The notes under the pieces were generated by a model, which was not told where the DNA came from, searched no databases, and worked only from the letters and a program-made list of their open reading frames with translations. From an uncultured Candidatus Binatia bacterium (GTDB lineage Bacteria; Desulfobacterota; Binatia; Bin18), in the NCBI GenBank assembly GCA_965200965.1, contig OZ241744.1, forward strand, positions 2,176,001-2,240,000: a stretch of 64,000 nucleotides of DNA, given 5' to 3'. Positions within the stretch are counted from its first letter, which is position 1; each line of letters starts with the position of its first letter. This document shows, one piece after another, positions 8,355 through 17,700 of the stretch. The position numbers and the translations under genes were made by a program.

Positions 8355-9545
8355 CTAATCCGGCAGTCCCAACACCCGCTTGGCAATCACATTGAGTTGA
8401 ATCTCGCTCGTCCCGCCCTCAATCGTGTTGCCCCGTGAACGCAGCCAGTCGCGAGTCAGGCCGAGCTCGCGCTCATCAAAGCCCGGCCCTTCCCAGCCCA
8501 GGGCCTGCGGACCGGCAATCGACAGCAGGAGTTCCTGGCGGCGCTGGTTGAGTTCAGTCCCGTAGATTTTGAACATTGAGCTTTCCGGACCTGGCGGGCG
8601 GCCGGCCTTGGCCGCGTCACGGCTGCGCTCGGAGGTCAGCCGAAACGCCATATTGTCCATCTCGAAGCGGGCGATACGGTCGCGCAGCGCCGTGTCGGCG
8701 AGCCGTTCGTGGTCAAAATCGAGATATTTTCTGGCCCAGTCGCGCAGCCCGCGGCGTTTGCCGCCCCCGCCACTAAAGGCGGTGGCGATCATCGACCGTT
8801 CGTGGTTCAACAGCGCCTTGGCCACGCTCCAGCCCTCGTTCACCCGGCTGACCACATTTGTGGCCGGCACCCTGACATCAGTCAGAAAAGTCTCGCAGAA
8901 CGGCGAGGAGCCGCTGATGAGTTTGATCGGGCGGGTTTCCACCCCGGGAGTTTCCATGTCCATCAGGATGAAGGTGATGCCCCGGTGTTTGGGTGCGTCC
9001 GGGTCGGTCCTGACCAGCAGAAACATCCAGTCGGCAAAGTTGGCGTAGGAGGTCCAGATTTTCTGGCCGTTGATGACGTAGAAGTCGCCGTCGAGCACGG
9101 CCCGGGTCTGGAGCGAGGCCAGATCGCTGCCCGAGCCGGGCTCTGAATAGCCCTGACACCAGCGGATTTCACCCCGCACAATTTTGGTCAGGTGTTCGTG
9201 TTTTTGTTCTTCGGTCCCGTACTCCAGCAGGGTCGGGCCGATCATGGTCAGGCCAAAGCCGATGAGCGGCACCGGCAGCCTGAGCGACGCCATTTCCTCG
9301 CGCAGAATCCTGGCCTCGGCCTTTGACAGTCCGCCGCCGCCGTACTGGGTCGGCCATTCGGGCGCAGTCCAGCCCTTCTCAGCCATGCGGTCCAGCCAGA
9401 CTTTGGCGTCTGGATTCCTGTAGTGCGCCTTGCGTCCGCCCCAGTTGCCCTCCAGCTCGCTTGACGCTGTGCCGATAAGCGACGCCGGGGCGTGGTCTGT
9501 AAGCCACTGACGGGTTTCGACACGAAAGGTTTCAAGATCGGCCAT
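8355..9545 (-). CDS. Acyl-CoA dehydrogenase
   Basis: WCQGYSEPGSGSDLASL, NGQKIWTS, TIEGGTSEIQ; start MADLETFR with gaggagga RBS. Confidence 0.92.
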   Translation of the reverse strand: MADLETFRVETRQWLTDHAPASLIGTASSELEGNWGGRKAHYRNPDAKVWLDRMAEKGWTAPEWPTQYGGGGLSKAEARILREEMASLRLPVPLIGFGLTMIGPTLLEYGTEEQKHEHLTKIVRGEIRWCQGYSEPGSGSDLASLQTRAVLDGDFYVINGQKIWTSYANFADWMFLLVRTDPDAPKHRGITFILMDMETPGVETRPIKLISGSSPFCETFLTDVRVPATNVVSRVNEGWSVAKALLNHERSMIATAFSGGGGKRRGLRDWARKYLDFDHERLADTALRDRIARFEMDNMAFRLTSERSRDAAKAGRPPGPESSMFKIYGTELNQRRQELLLSIAGPQALGWEGPGFDERELGLTRDWLRSRGNTIEGGTSEIQLNVIAKRVLGLPD

Positions 9546-9884
9546 TGCTCCAGTCCTCCTCAAAGCTGCATGGACGCGGCAAGCCTTGGAGCGCCAGGGC
9601 GTGCCCGTTGGGCGGTTTCTTCTCTGGCCGCGTCCGGGGCTGGTCAGCCGGGGCCGTGCTGTAGACGATAGTATCCGGCTCAGCCTTTGCTCGGGCGCTT
9701 GCTGATGGTGTCGGCTCCTGACTGGTCTGGGGGAATAGTTGTTCAAGCGTCAACTTCATCATCCCTGCTATGCGCCGAGTATAGACCTGGATGTCTTCTG
9801 TTCGTCGGGGTCAGAGCGGGCTGAGGCTGAGCCGGTCAAGGTCCCTGCAAGGACCAGGGCCATGATGATTATTCTCCCGGTCAT
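9532..9884 (-). pseudogene. Probable disrupted secreted protein
   Basis: ATG 9884 overlaps the upstream TGA (ATGA) with aaggaaggag RBS; signal-peptide-like MTGRIIIMALVLAGTLTGSASA; TAG after 38 aa; another frame is open 9762-9532. Confidence 0.4.
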
Positions 9885-10123
9885 GGGCCACTCCTTCCTT
9901 GCTCCCCGGTGCGTTCAATCAGCGCCCGCAAGGCTTCCCCCTGCTGGCGGAGGGCTTCCATTGTTTCGGTGTGCTGCGCATCCCGTGCGCCGGCGGCTTT
10001 GCACATCAGCCATAAGTCCCCGCCAATCAAGCCCGCTTGCAGGAACCCGATCCCGACTTGGGCCGCGGCAATCAGATTACCGGTTTCGCGCAAGGCGATC
10101 ATGGCGGTTTCGTATTCGGTCAT
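9881..10123 (-). CDS. Short paralogue of the HAERHAE-repeat membrane proteins (80 aa)
   Basis: IGFLQAGLIG, HTETMEAL and LRALIERT align with VGLIQAGIVG, HAETMEAM and LRTLIERT; ggagggg RBS. Confidence 0.7.
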   Translation of the reverse strand: MTEYETAMIALRETGNLIAAAQVGIGFLQAGLIGGDLWLMCKAAGARDAQHTETMEALRQQGEALRALIERTGEQGRSGP

Positions 10124-10202
10124 GCTGGCCCCTCCACACGGTCATTTTACGCCGGCCAAGCCAAGCGAAACAGGCAAACAGAGCTGAGCGGGCCGGGTCA
10201 AG

Positions 10203-10268
10203 CATTCGGGCGCGGTCCAGCCCTTCTCAGCCATGCGGTCCAGCCAGACTTTGGCGTCTGGATTCCTG
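10203..10268. repeat. 66-bp copy of acyl-CoA dehydrogenase internal segment 9355-9420
   Basis: 65/66 identical by direct comparison; encodes RNPDAKVWLDRMAEKGWTAPE. Confidence 0.9.
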
Positions 10269-10284
10269 AGGGTGAAGGCGCGTC

Positions 10285-11421
10285 TCAGGCGGCCTGGGAA
10301 GCGGGTGCCGGCATGTTGGTCAGCGGCTGAGGCGTAACCAGCGGGGCGGTGTCCCACTTCTTGAGTTCGGGCAGGACGTGTTGAGCAAAACACCTGAGGC
10401 TGCGCTCGGCCTGGTCGTAGGGCATACCCGCGTAGCTCATGTTGCACATGATGCCGTTCATGTCGATCATGTTGCGCATATTTTCAATTTTGCGCAGCAC
10501 TTGGTCGGGCGTACCCCACGGCATCAGCTTGACAAAGTCCCTGGCTGCGCCGTCCATGCCGTGTTTGCTGATGTATGTGCCAACGTTGCTGTAGAACTCG
10601 TAGCCCTTATGCGTGCCGAAATGCTGGCCGGTCATTTCGTAGTGGCGCATAGCGGTATGGTAGTAGGCCCCAATCCACTTGTAGGCCTGCTCTTCGGCCC
10701 GCTTCTCGTCTTCGTCCACATAAAAGAAGCCCCCACACAGCGGCCGGGGCGGTGCGGAGTCGGCCCCGTACTCTTCCTTCCAGACCTTGTGGTAGACCTC
10801 AAAATCCTGCTGGACGACCTCCCAGGGCTTCTGCGGGATGACCAGCAGACCGATGCCGAGCTTGGCCATGATCGGCATTGACTCTGGCGACACCGCGGCA
10901 GCATAGGTGCGGCCCTCAAAAGAGTATTTGGGATAGGGGCGGATATCGCGGCGCGGCTGCCGGGTCTCCAGGCCTCCCTCCATATAGCCGTTTTTGAGGC
11001 CGTTCATGATCAGTTCTGCGTATTCAACAAAACGGTTGCGGCCCTCATTCTGGTCAATCCGAAAACCCTCATACTCAACCCGGGCCAAGCCCCGGCCAAA
11101 GCCCAGGATCATCCGGCCGTCCGACAGGTGGTCAAGCAGTGCGATCTGTTCGGCGACCCGGACCGGATCGTGCCACGGCAGAACGATGACCATGGTGCCG
11201 AGCTTCATGTGCCTGGTCTTGCCGGCCATGTAGGACAGAAACTGGACCGCATCCGGGCACATCGTGTAGTCGGTAAAGTGGTGCTCAATTGACCACACCG
11301 AGTCAAAACCCAGCGGCTCGGCCAGTTCGGCCAAACGCAGTTCCTCGTGGTACACTTCGGCGTCCGACAGCGCGTTGCCGGGATTCTGAAAAACCGGGGC
11401 ATAGCCAACATGTAACGACAT
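10285..11421 (-). CDS. LLM-class flavin-dependent oxidoreductase
   Basis: AEPLGFDSVWSIEHHF, LDHLSDGRMILGFGRG, WGTPDQV. Confidence 0.92.
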   Translation of the reverse strand: MSLHVGYAPVFQNPGNALSDAEVYHEELRLAELAEPLGFDSVWSIEHHFTDYTMCPDAVQFLSYMAGKTRHMKLGTMVIVLPWHDPVRVAEQIALLDHLSDGRMILGFGRGLARVEYEGFRIDQNEGRNRFVEYAELIMNGLKNGYMEGGLETRQPRRDIRPYPKYSFEGRTYAAAVSPESMPIMAKLGIGLLVIPQKPWEVVQQDFEVYHKVWKEEYGADSAPPRPLCGGFFYVDEDEKRAEEQAYKWIGAYYHTAMRHYEMTGQHFGTHKGYEFYSNVGTYISKHGMDGAARDFVKLMPWGTPDQVLRKIENMRNMIDMNGIMCNMSYAGMPYDQAERSLRCFAQHVLPELKKWDTAPLVTPQPLTNMPAPASQAA

Positions 11422-11644
11422 AGTCTCCTCCTTGCGTCGCCTGTGCGGTGTGTCCTGTGCAGATTGCTCAGTTCGTATACGCTAGCGTGTATATGCCCGG
11501 CAGCCCGGTGTCAAGCAACACGGGGCTTGCCTGGATCGCACCAGAAAGGCTACAAGGACTCGACAGACTGATGGCCAAGCGTTCTCGAACGCACTGCAGG
11601 AACTCAGCGTACCTTTAGCGACAGGAAGAGAAAGGAGTACAACC

Positions 11645-12406
11645 ATGGCCGGTCAATTGGATGGAAAAGTTGCACTAGTCACTGGCGGCGGCTCGGGCAT
11701 CGGGCGGGCCACCTGCCTGGTAATGGCCCGAGAGGGGGCCAAGGTGGCGGTGGCCGATGTGGTGGTTGAGGGCGGACAGGAAACGGTCAGGCTGGTTGAG
11801 GAGGCCGGCGGCCAGGCGATCTGTATCCGGGCCGATGTGTCCCAAGCCTCCGAGGTGGAGGCGATGGTCAAACAGACGGTCGAGACCTATGGCCGGCTGG
11901 ACTGCGCCTTCAATAATGCCGGCATTGAGGGGCCGGTGTGCGCAACGCCCGAGTATACCGAGGAGGATTTTGACCAGGTGGTGGCCATTGACCTCAAGGG
12001 CGTATGGCTGTGCATGAAGTATGAGATCCCGCACATGCTGGAGGGCGGAGGCGGCGCAATTGTGAATACCGCCTCAGTTGCCGGCCTGGTCGGTTTTCAG
12101 GGTTTATCGGCCTATGTGGCCAGCAAGCACGGGGTGAACGGCCTGACCAAAACGGCCGCCCTGGAGTACGCCAAAGACGGCATCCGGGTCAATGCCGTGT
12201 GTCCAGGGGTGATTGAAACGCCGATGGTCAGACGGGCTTTTGCCAAAAGCCCCGCTATGGAAGAGGGCGTGGCCACGGCCGAGCCGATCGGACGGCTTGG
12301 CCAGCCGCAGGAGATTGCCGAGGCGGTGGTGTGGCTGTGTTCTGACGCCGCCTCGTTTGTGACCGGCCTGCCGATGGCGGTGGACGGCGGCCTGATCGCC
12401 CAGTAG
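11645..12406 (+). CDS. SDR family oxidoreductase
   Basis: TGGGSGIG, NNAG, YVASK. Confidence 0.95.
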   Translation: MAGQLDGKVALVTGGGSGIGRATCLVMAREGAKVAVADVVVEGGQETVRLVEEAGGQAICIRADVSQASEVEAMVKQTVETYGRLDCAFNNAGIEGPVCATPEYTEEDFDQVVAIDLKGVWLCMKYEIPHMLEGGGGAIVNTASVAGLVGFQGLSAYVASKHGVNGLTKTAALEYAKDGIRVNAVCPGVIETPMVRRAFAKSPAMEEGVATAEPIGRLGQPQEIAEAVVWLCSDAASFVTGLPMAVDGGLIAQ

Positions 12407-12485
12407 CCCTGCGCTCACCCCCATGACAAGCCCCTGCCTGTGTCGGGCGTCTGTGTTGACATTATGCTGACGACAGGAGGACCGC

Positions 12486-12736
12486 ATGAACGACCCCGCC
12501 TGGTTCCAAGCCTCTGCTGCCTGGACGATCGGACTGTTGCGACTGGGCTGATTGGCTGGGGTCTGTGGCAAATGCGCATGTCATCCCGCGAGCGAAACCG
12601 TCAATTGGACCTCATGGCCGCCACACAGGCCGGGCACAGCCAAGTGCTGACGGCTATTGCAGCGCACTGTACCACACACAGACAGTTTAACATTGACCCG
12701 ACAAGGGTCTTTGTGAACTGCGGCTCGCCCGTATGA
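12486..12736 (+). pseudogene. Frameshifted second dispersed paralogue of the small membrane protein family
   Basis: aggagg RBS and ATG 12486; inserting one A after 12540 restores IGLLQTGLIGWGLWQM..RERNRQ. Confidence 0.6.
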
Positions 12737-13773
12737 ACACCGCCAACAATTCGCCGCCGGCGTCCGACCCGGCTGAGGCCGCGGCCTGGATCGAGTTCTA
12801 TTATCGCCAGGGCTGGAGCGACGGTCTGCCCCTCGTCCCGCCGACCGAAGCCTCGGTCCGGGCCATGCTGAACGCCGGCCGACTCAGCCCTGAGGATATC
12901 CTTGGCGCAATTCCAGAACGTAACGCCCGGATTCCGGCTGAAAAGGTCGCCATTAGCGCGGTCATGGCCGGCTGCCTGCCGGACTACTTCCCGGTTGTAG
13001 TGGCCGCGGTCAGCGCCCTGTGTCATCCAGACTTTGCCTACCACAACCCAGCCACCAGCACCGGCGGCTCGGCCCTGGCCCTTATCGTCAACGGCCCTAT
13101 CGGTCCGGCCCTGGGCATCAACGCAGGGAACAACCTGTTCGGCCCCGGCCATCGCCCGAATGCCACCATCGGACGGGCGCTCAGACTGGTGATGATGAAT
13201 GTCCTGAATACCAGACCCGGCCTGCTGGACCGGGCCACACTCGGCCACCCCGGCAAATACACCCTGTGTTTTGCCGAAGACGAGGCCAATACGCCGTGGC
13301 ACCCACTTCACATTGAGCGCGGCTTTCAGCCCCACGACAGCACGGTCACGCTGTACGCCTCCAATAGCCTGAGCGGTGTCTACAACCAGCTGGCCAGCCG
13401 GCCGGAGCCCCTCTTGCTGGAGTTTGCCGACGCGGTATGCAACCTGGCCACACCCAATGTCTACGGCTTCAACCAGACCTTGCTTGTTCTGGCCGGCGAA
13501 CACACCGAGGTGCTGGCCAAGAGCGGCTGGAGCAAACGCCAGACCCGGGAGTTTGTGGTCCAACACGCCCGCCGGACAGTGGCCGACTTTAAGCGGGCAG
13601 CGCGGCTGCCCGGGCCGATTACGCCGGACGACGAAACCACCTGGCGGTATGTCATGCGCCGGCCCGAAGACCTGCTCATTGTGTGTGCAGGCGGCCGGGC
13701 CGGGAGCTGGTCGGCCTGCCTGCCCGGCTGGGGGAATAAATGGACCCGGAGTATTACCGTCCCGATTGCATAA
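12733..13773 (+). CDS. Conserved hypothetical protein typically paired with UGSC (seleno)proteins
   Basis: GWSDGLPLVPPT, AVMAGC.P.YFPVV, NATIGRALRL motifs. Confidence 0.8.
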   Translation: MNTANNSPPASDPAEAAAWIEFYYRQGWSDGLPLVPPTEASVRAMLNAGRLSPEDILGAIPERNARIPAEKVAISAVMAGCLPDYFPVVVAAVSALCHPDFAYHNPATSTGGSALALIVNGPIGPALGINAGNNLFGPGHRPNATIGRALRLVMMNVLNTRPGLLDRATLGHPGKYTLCFAEDEANTPWHPLHIERGFQPHDSTVTLYASNSLSGVYNQLASRPEPLLLEFADAVCNLATPNVYGFNQTLLVLAGEHTEVLAKSGWSKRQTREFVVQHARRTVADFKRAARLPGPITPDDETTWRYVMRRPEDLLIVCAGGRAGSWSACLPGWGNKWTRSITVPIA

Positions 13774-13790
13774 ACCACAGGAGGACCGCC

Positions 13791-14384
13791 ATGCCTCGTA
13801 CAGTATTTGATCCCACCGTCTCGCCCCAACACCCGGCCGGAAAAGATAGTGGCGATGACCAATCCCCGGGCAGGGAGATATCACCGCCCTCTTTTTCCTA
13901 TGCCCCACGGCCCCGCTCGCTGGACGGGCTGCGGCTCGGCCTGGTCGAAAACACCAAGTTCAACTCTGCTGTCCTGCTGCTGAAAATTGCCGAGCGTTTA
14001 CACAATCGCCACGGCATGAGCATGATCCATCTGGACCGTAAAAAATCGTCCGGCCATAGCCTGAGTGACGAAGCCCTGGGGCTGTTTCAGCAGCGGGCCG
14101 ACCTTGTGCTGGCCGGGGTCGGCGATTGAGGCTCGTGCAGTTCGAGCAGTGTGCTCGACGGTATCAAACTGGAGCAAGTCGGCATCCCCGCGGTGGCCAT
14201 TATCACCCAGCCGTTTATCGCCACCGGCCAGGCCATGGCCAAAAACTGGGGCGCGCCAGACTATGCGTTTGTCGTCACCCCCCATCCGATCGCCAATCTG
14301 AACCAGGCCGGGCTGGACGCCAGGGCGGACGAGCTGACCGACCAGGTACTCGCATTTCTGGGCCGGGACATGCCGGCGCATTGA
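13791..14384 (+). CDS. UGSC-family selenoprotein (197 aa with Sec)
   Basis: ORF pieces are in frame across TGA 14127-14129, giving GD-U-GSCSS; aggagg RBS; SECIS-like hairpin follows. Confidence 0.85.
14142..14158 (+). promoter_or_regulatory. Putative bacterial SECIS hairpin
   Basis: tcgagca-gtg-tgctcga, 12 nt after the UGA, with G in the loop. Confidence 0.65.
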
Positions 14385-14389
14385 CCAGC

Positions 14390-15178
14390 ATGGAAGAGAA
14401 GACTCAACCTGGTTTCGCATGGGGCCGGGCAGCTGTGGCACTCCTGGCTGTGCTGATGCTCGCCAGCGCCGGTCCGGCCAGTGCCGGAGACGACGAGGCC
14501 GCCTTTGACTGGACGGAGCTCTATGCCGGCGGTTTTGGCGGCTTCGGGCGGACCGGCAATGAAATTGTCGATATCGACGGATTCTCGAACTGGGGCCAGC
14601 CCGGCTGGTCGGTTGATTACGACGATATCGGGGGCGTCGGGGGGGTGCTGCTCGGCAAGAAGTTCGCCCTCGGTCCCATCCCGCTCAGGCTTGAACTTGA
14701 CAGCACCTTCGGCAGCCTGGCCGCGGACACCAACAGGCTTGACCCGCAGGGCCGGGACGAAACGGCGAAAGCAAAATTTCGCTGGATCGCCACCGCGCGC
14801 GCCGGGCTTGAGCACACCATCGGCCCGGTGACGCTGTTCGTCAGCGGCGGGCTGTCGCTGGCCGGCATCGCCAACTCGGTCACGGATATTGATTTCGGCC
14901 CGAACCTGCCGACGCGGAAAGACCCCGACGACTCCTTCCACAGCTCCTCAACCGAGCTCGGCTGGGTTATCGGCGGGGGGATTGAAGCCCCGCTGGCCGC
15001 GGCCTGGACCTTGCGGCTGGAAGGCTCATATCTGGATTTCGGGCGGAGCATCTACCCGGTGAACCGCTCGGGCAACAACCGTTGCGGGCCGGGCAACCCT
15101 CGCCGGTCGTGCCCCTATGCGGTTGAGAACGAGCTTGGCGTCATACGCCTGGCGATCATTCGCCGCTTTGACTGGTAG
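14390..15178 (+). CDS. Outer-membrane beta-barrel protein (Omp25/Omp31-like)
   Basis: Signal peptide, FDWTELYAG, GWVIGGGIE, LRLEGSYLDFG, aromatic C-terminus. Confidence 0.8.
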   Translation: MEEKTQPGFAWGRAAVALLAVLMLASAGPASAGDDEAAFDWTELYAGGFGGFGRTGNEIVDIDGFSNWGQPGWSVDYDDIGGVGGVLLGKKFALGPIPLRLELDSTFGSLAADTNRLDPQGRDETAKAKFRWIATARAGLEHTIGPVTLFVSGGLSLAGIANSVTDIDFGPNLPTRKDPDDSFHSSSTELGWVIGGGIEAPLAAAWTLRLEGSYLDFGRSIYPVNRSGNNRCGPGNPRRSCPYAVENELGVIRLAIIRRFDW

Positions 15179-15219
15179 GCCGGGCTGCGGCTCGCCCGGC
15201 GCACCCAACCCGCTTCCGC

Positions 15220-16350
15220 CTATTCCATGCGGTACAGCCTGATGGCGTTATCGGCCACAATTTTTTGCGTGATATGGTCGGGGACCTTGGCGAAGTCCTT
15301 CTGAATTACCGCTTGCGACTCAGGCCAAGTCGAGTCGGTATGCGGGAAGTCAGAGGCCCACATGTAATTGTCTGCGCCAAAATACTCCCAGGTTGAGGGA
15401 CCGATGGGGTCGTCCTGGAAGGTCGCGTACATCTGCCGCCTGATATACTCGCTGGGTGCCATGGGCAGGGAGTCTTTGTCAAAATAGCGGAACTTCTCCC
15501 AGGCATGGTCGGCCCGATACATATAGTGCGGCAACCAGCCGGTGTCATTCTCGGCCGACACAATCAGCAGCTTGGGAAAGCGCTCCAGGACGCCGCCCAG
15601 AATAATATCGGTAATTGACTGCTGCACCTCGTGGATCAGGCGCATGTACACGCTCTGGCGTCCGCTGCGGACCACGTTGGCGGGCGGACGTTGCCCGGTG
15701 TTTTTCTTTTCCCGGTTGCCCTTTTTGCTGGTGACGACATGCAGGCTGACCGGCATGTGCAAATCCTGGGCCGCGGCCCAGAAGGAATCGTACTCAGGGC
15801 TGCTATACGGCTTTTCGCGCGGCGGCGACCCCCAGATCATGGCCCCCCGCATCCCGTTTTTTGCCCCCCGCTCAAGCTCCCGCACCCCAGCCTGCATGTC
15901 TTCAAGCGAAATCAGGGAGATGCCGAACAGGCGTTTCGGGTCATAGCGACAGAACTCGCTCAGCCAATCGTTATAGGCCGCAAAACACGCCTGCTGAAAC
16001 TCAGCGTCGTCCAGGCCGAACAGCGACATGCCGAGCGTGGTGTACAACACCTCGGCCTCAACCCCGTCAATGTCCTGGTCTTTGATCCGCTCGGCCGGAT
16101 CCCAGCCGCTCGGCCGGGCACCCTCGTAGCCCTTCTCCCAGGCTTTGGGCAGGTCTTCCGGTTTATTGCCGGCGGCAAATCCACCCGCCACCGGAAACGG
16201 CCGGAGACCCTCAACATGGAAGAAATGGCCCTTCTTGCCGTTATAGCCCTCAATAACCCGGGGCGCTCTGTCCCGATATTTTGCATCCAGGCGGGTCTGC
16301 CACAGGTCGGCCGGCTCCATCATATGCGAATCCGCAGATACCACGCGCAT
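15220..16350 (-). CDS. Amidohydrolase_2 family protein
   Basis: SADSH, DQDIDGVEAEVLY, MWASDFPHTDS. Confidence 0.9.
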   Translation of the reverse strand: MRVVSADSHMMEPADLWQTRLDAKYRDRAPRVIEGYNGKKGHFFHVEGLRPFPVAGGFAAGNKPEDLPKAWEKGYEGARPSGWDPAERIKDQDIDGVEAEVLYTTLGMSLFGLDDAEFQQACFAAYNDWLSEFCRYDPKRLFGISLISLEDMQAGVRELERGAKNGMRGAMIWGSPPREKPYSSPEYDSFWAAAQDLHMPVSLHVVTSKKGNREKKNTGQRPPANVVRSGRQSVYMRLIHEVQQSITDIILGGVLERFPKLLIVSAENDTGWLPHYMYRADHAWEKFRYFDKDSLPMAPSEYIRRQMYATFQDDPIGPSTWEYFGADNYMWASDFPHTDSTWPESQAVIQKDFAKVPDHITQKIVADNAIRLYRME

Positions 16351-16490
16351 GTGTTTGCCTCCTTTGTGTACAATTGTGTACAATAGTGTCAGCCAGAGAC
16401 CTCAGCCTCCACGGTCTCGGTGGCCATTGTCTGCCCAGCCCTCGCGGTTTGTCAAGAAGCTGCCAAGCTGGGGCGACAAGGAGGAAGCGT

Positions 16491-17516
16491 ATGGATTTTG
16501 GTCTGCTGATGCCGTTTCAAAACCCGGCCCGTTGGGCGCGGCCATTTCCAGAACTGTACCAACGGTACCTCGAAGACATCGTTGCGGCCGAGCAACTCGG
16601 CTACGATACGATCTGGCTGACCGAACATCATTTTGACCAGGACGGCTGGTCGCCTTCTTTACTGCCGCTCGCCGCCGGGATTGCGACCCGCACGCAACGG
16701 ATTCGGATCGGCACCTGTATTCTGATTCTGCCGTTTCAGAACGCGCTGCGCGTGGCCGAGGATGCGACCACGGTTGATATTCTGTCAAACGGTCGTTTTG
16801 ACCTTGGCCTGGGCAAGGGCTACCGGGTCAACGAGTTTGCCGGCTTTGGCATCCCCCGCCAGACCCGCAGCGCCCAACTTGAAGAGGGACTCGAGGTCAT
16901 CCAAAAAGCCTGGACCGGGAAGCAATTCTCGTATGCCGGCGACTATTACCAGTTGCACGATGTTGAGCTTACCCCGCGCCCGGTTCAAACGCCCCATCCA
17001 CCGATCTGGATCGGGGCCCGGGGCAGGCGGGCGGTCGAGCGTGCCGCCCGGATGGGTTTTCACCTGATTGGGACCGGCGAGGTTGAACAGCAGCGGGCCT
17101 ATGACCGGGAGCTTGAGCGTCAGGGGCGCAGTCCCAGAGACTACTACCTGTGTCAGCTACGCTGGGTGTATGTTGCCCCCACCCGCGAACAAGCCTGGCA
17201 GGAAGTCGGCGAACACCTGCATTACCTGTTCAGTTCGGCTTTTCCGCTGTTGAAAAAAGCCGGAGACCTGCCCGCCGACCGGGCCATGTCAGCACTCCCC
17301 AGCCTGAAACAGTTGCGCCACGTTGACCCGACCATTCCGGGTGGGACGCCGATTGTCGGGACGCCGGACGACTGCATTCGGGCGATTGAACGCTACCAGC
17401 GGGAAACCCGGGTGAGCCATTTGGCTATGGGTATGCATCTGCCCGGCTTGGCATCAGAAAAAGTGCTGGGCAGCCTTGAGCTGTTCGCCCGTCAGGTCAT
17501 GCCCCGGTTCCGCTGA
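16491..17516 (+). CDS. LLM-class flavin-dependent oxidoreductase
   Basis: LGYDTIWLTEHHF, VDILSNGRFDLGLGKGY, PHPPIWIG; start MDFGLL. Confidence 0.9.
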   Translation: MDFGLLMPFQNPARWARPFPELYQRYLEDIVAAEQLGYDTIWLTEHHFDQDGWSPSLLPLAAGIATRTQRIRIGTCILILPFQNALRVAEDATTVDILSNGRFDLGLGKGYRVNEFAGFGIPRQTRSAQLEEGLEVIQKAWTGKQFSYAGDYYQLHDVELTPRPVQTPHPPIWIGARGRRAVERAARMGFHLIGTGEVEQQRAYDRELERQGRSPRDYYLCQLRWVYVAPTREQAWQEVGEHLHYLFSSAFPLLKKAGDLPADRAMSALPSLKQLRHVDPTIPGGTPIVGTPDDCIRAIERYQRETRVSHLAMGMHLPGLASEKVLGSLELFARQVMPRFR

Positions 17517-17700
17517 TATAAAGTGAACACTCATTCAGAAGACCCCCCGGGCGCTCTTGCTGAGGCAGAAAAAACATGCCATGCAGAGCCAGACATTTTC
17601 GTGCAGAAATTTTTTGGCGATATCGCTTGACATCTGACACAACTGTGGAGTATGCCGAGGGTACGGCATTCCCGAAACATCCAACAGAAGGAGGGTAGCT

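Noticed and set aside
12430-12710. Weak inverted similarity around the frameshifted paralogue (MITE-like ends)
   Set aside because: Only short interrupted matches (tgtcggg, gtctgtg); not enough to call terminal inverted repeats.
14126-14389. N-terminal extension of the outer-membrane protein ORF
   Set aside because: Overlaps the selenoprotein C-half; the signal peptide begins at 14390.
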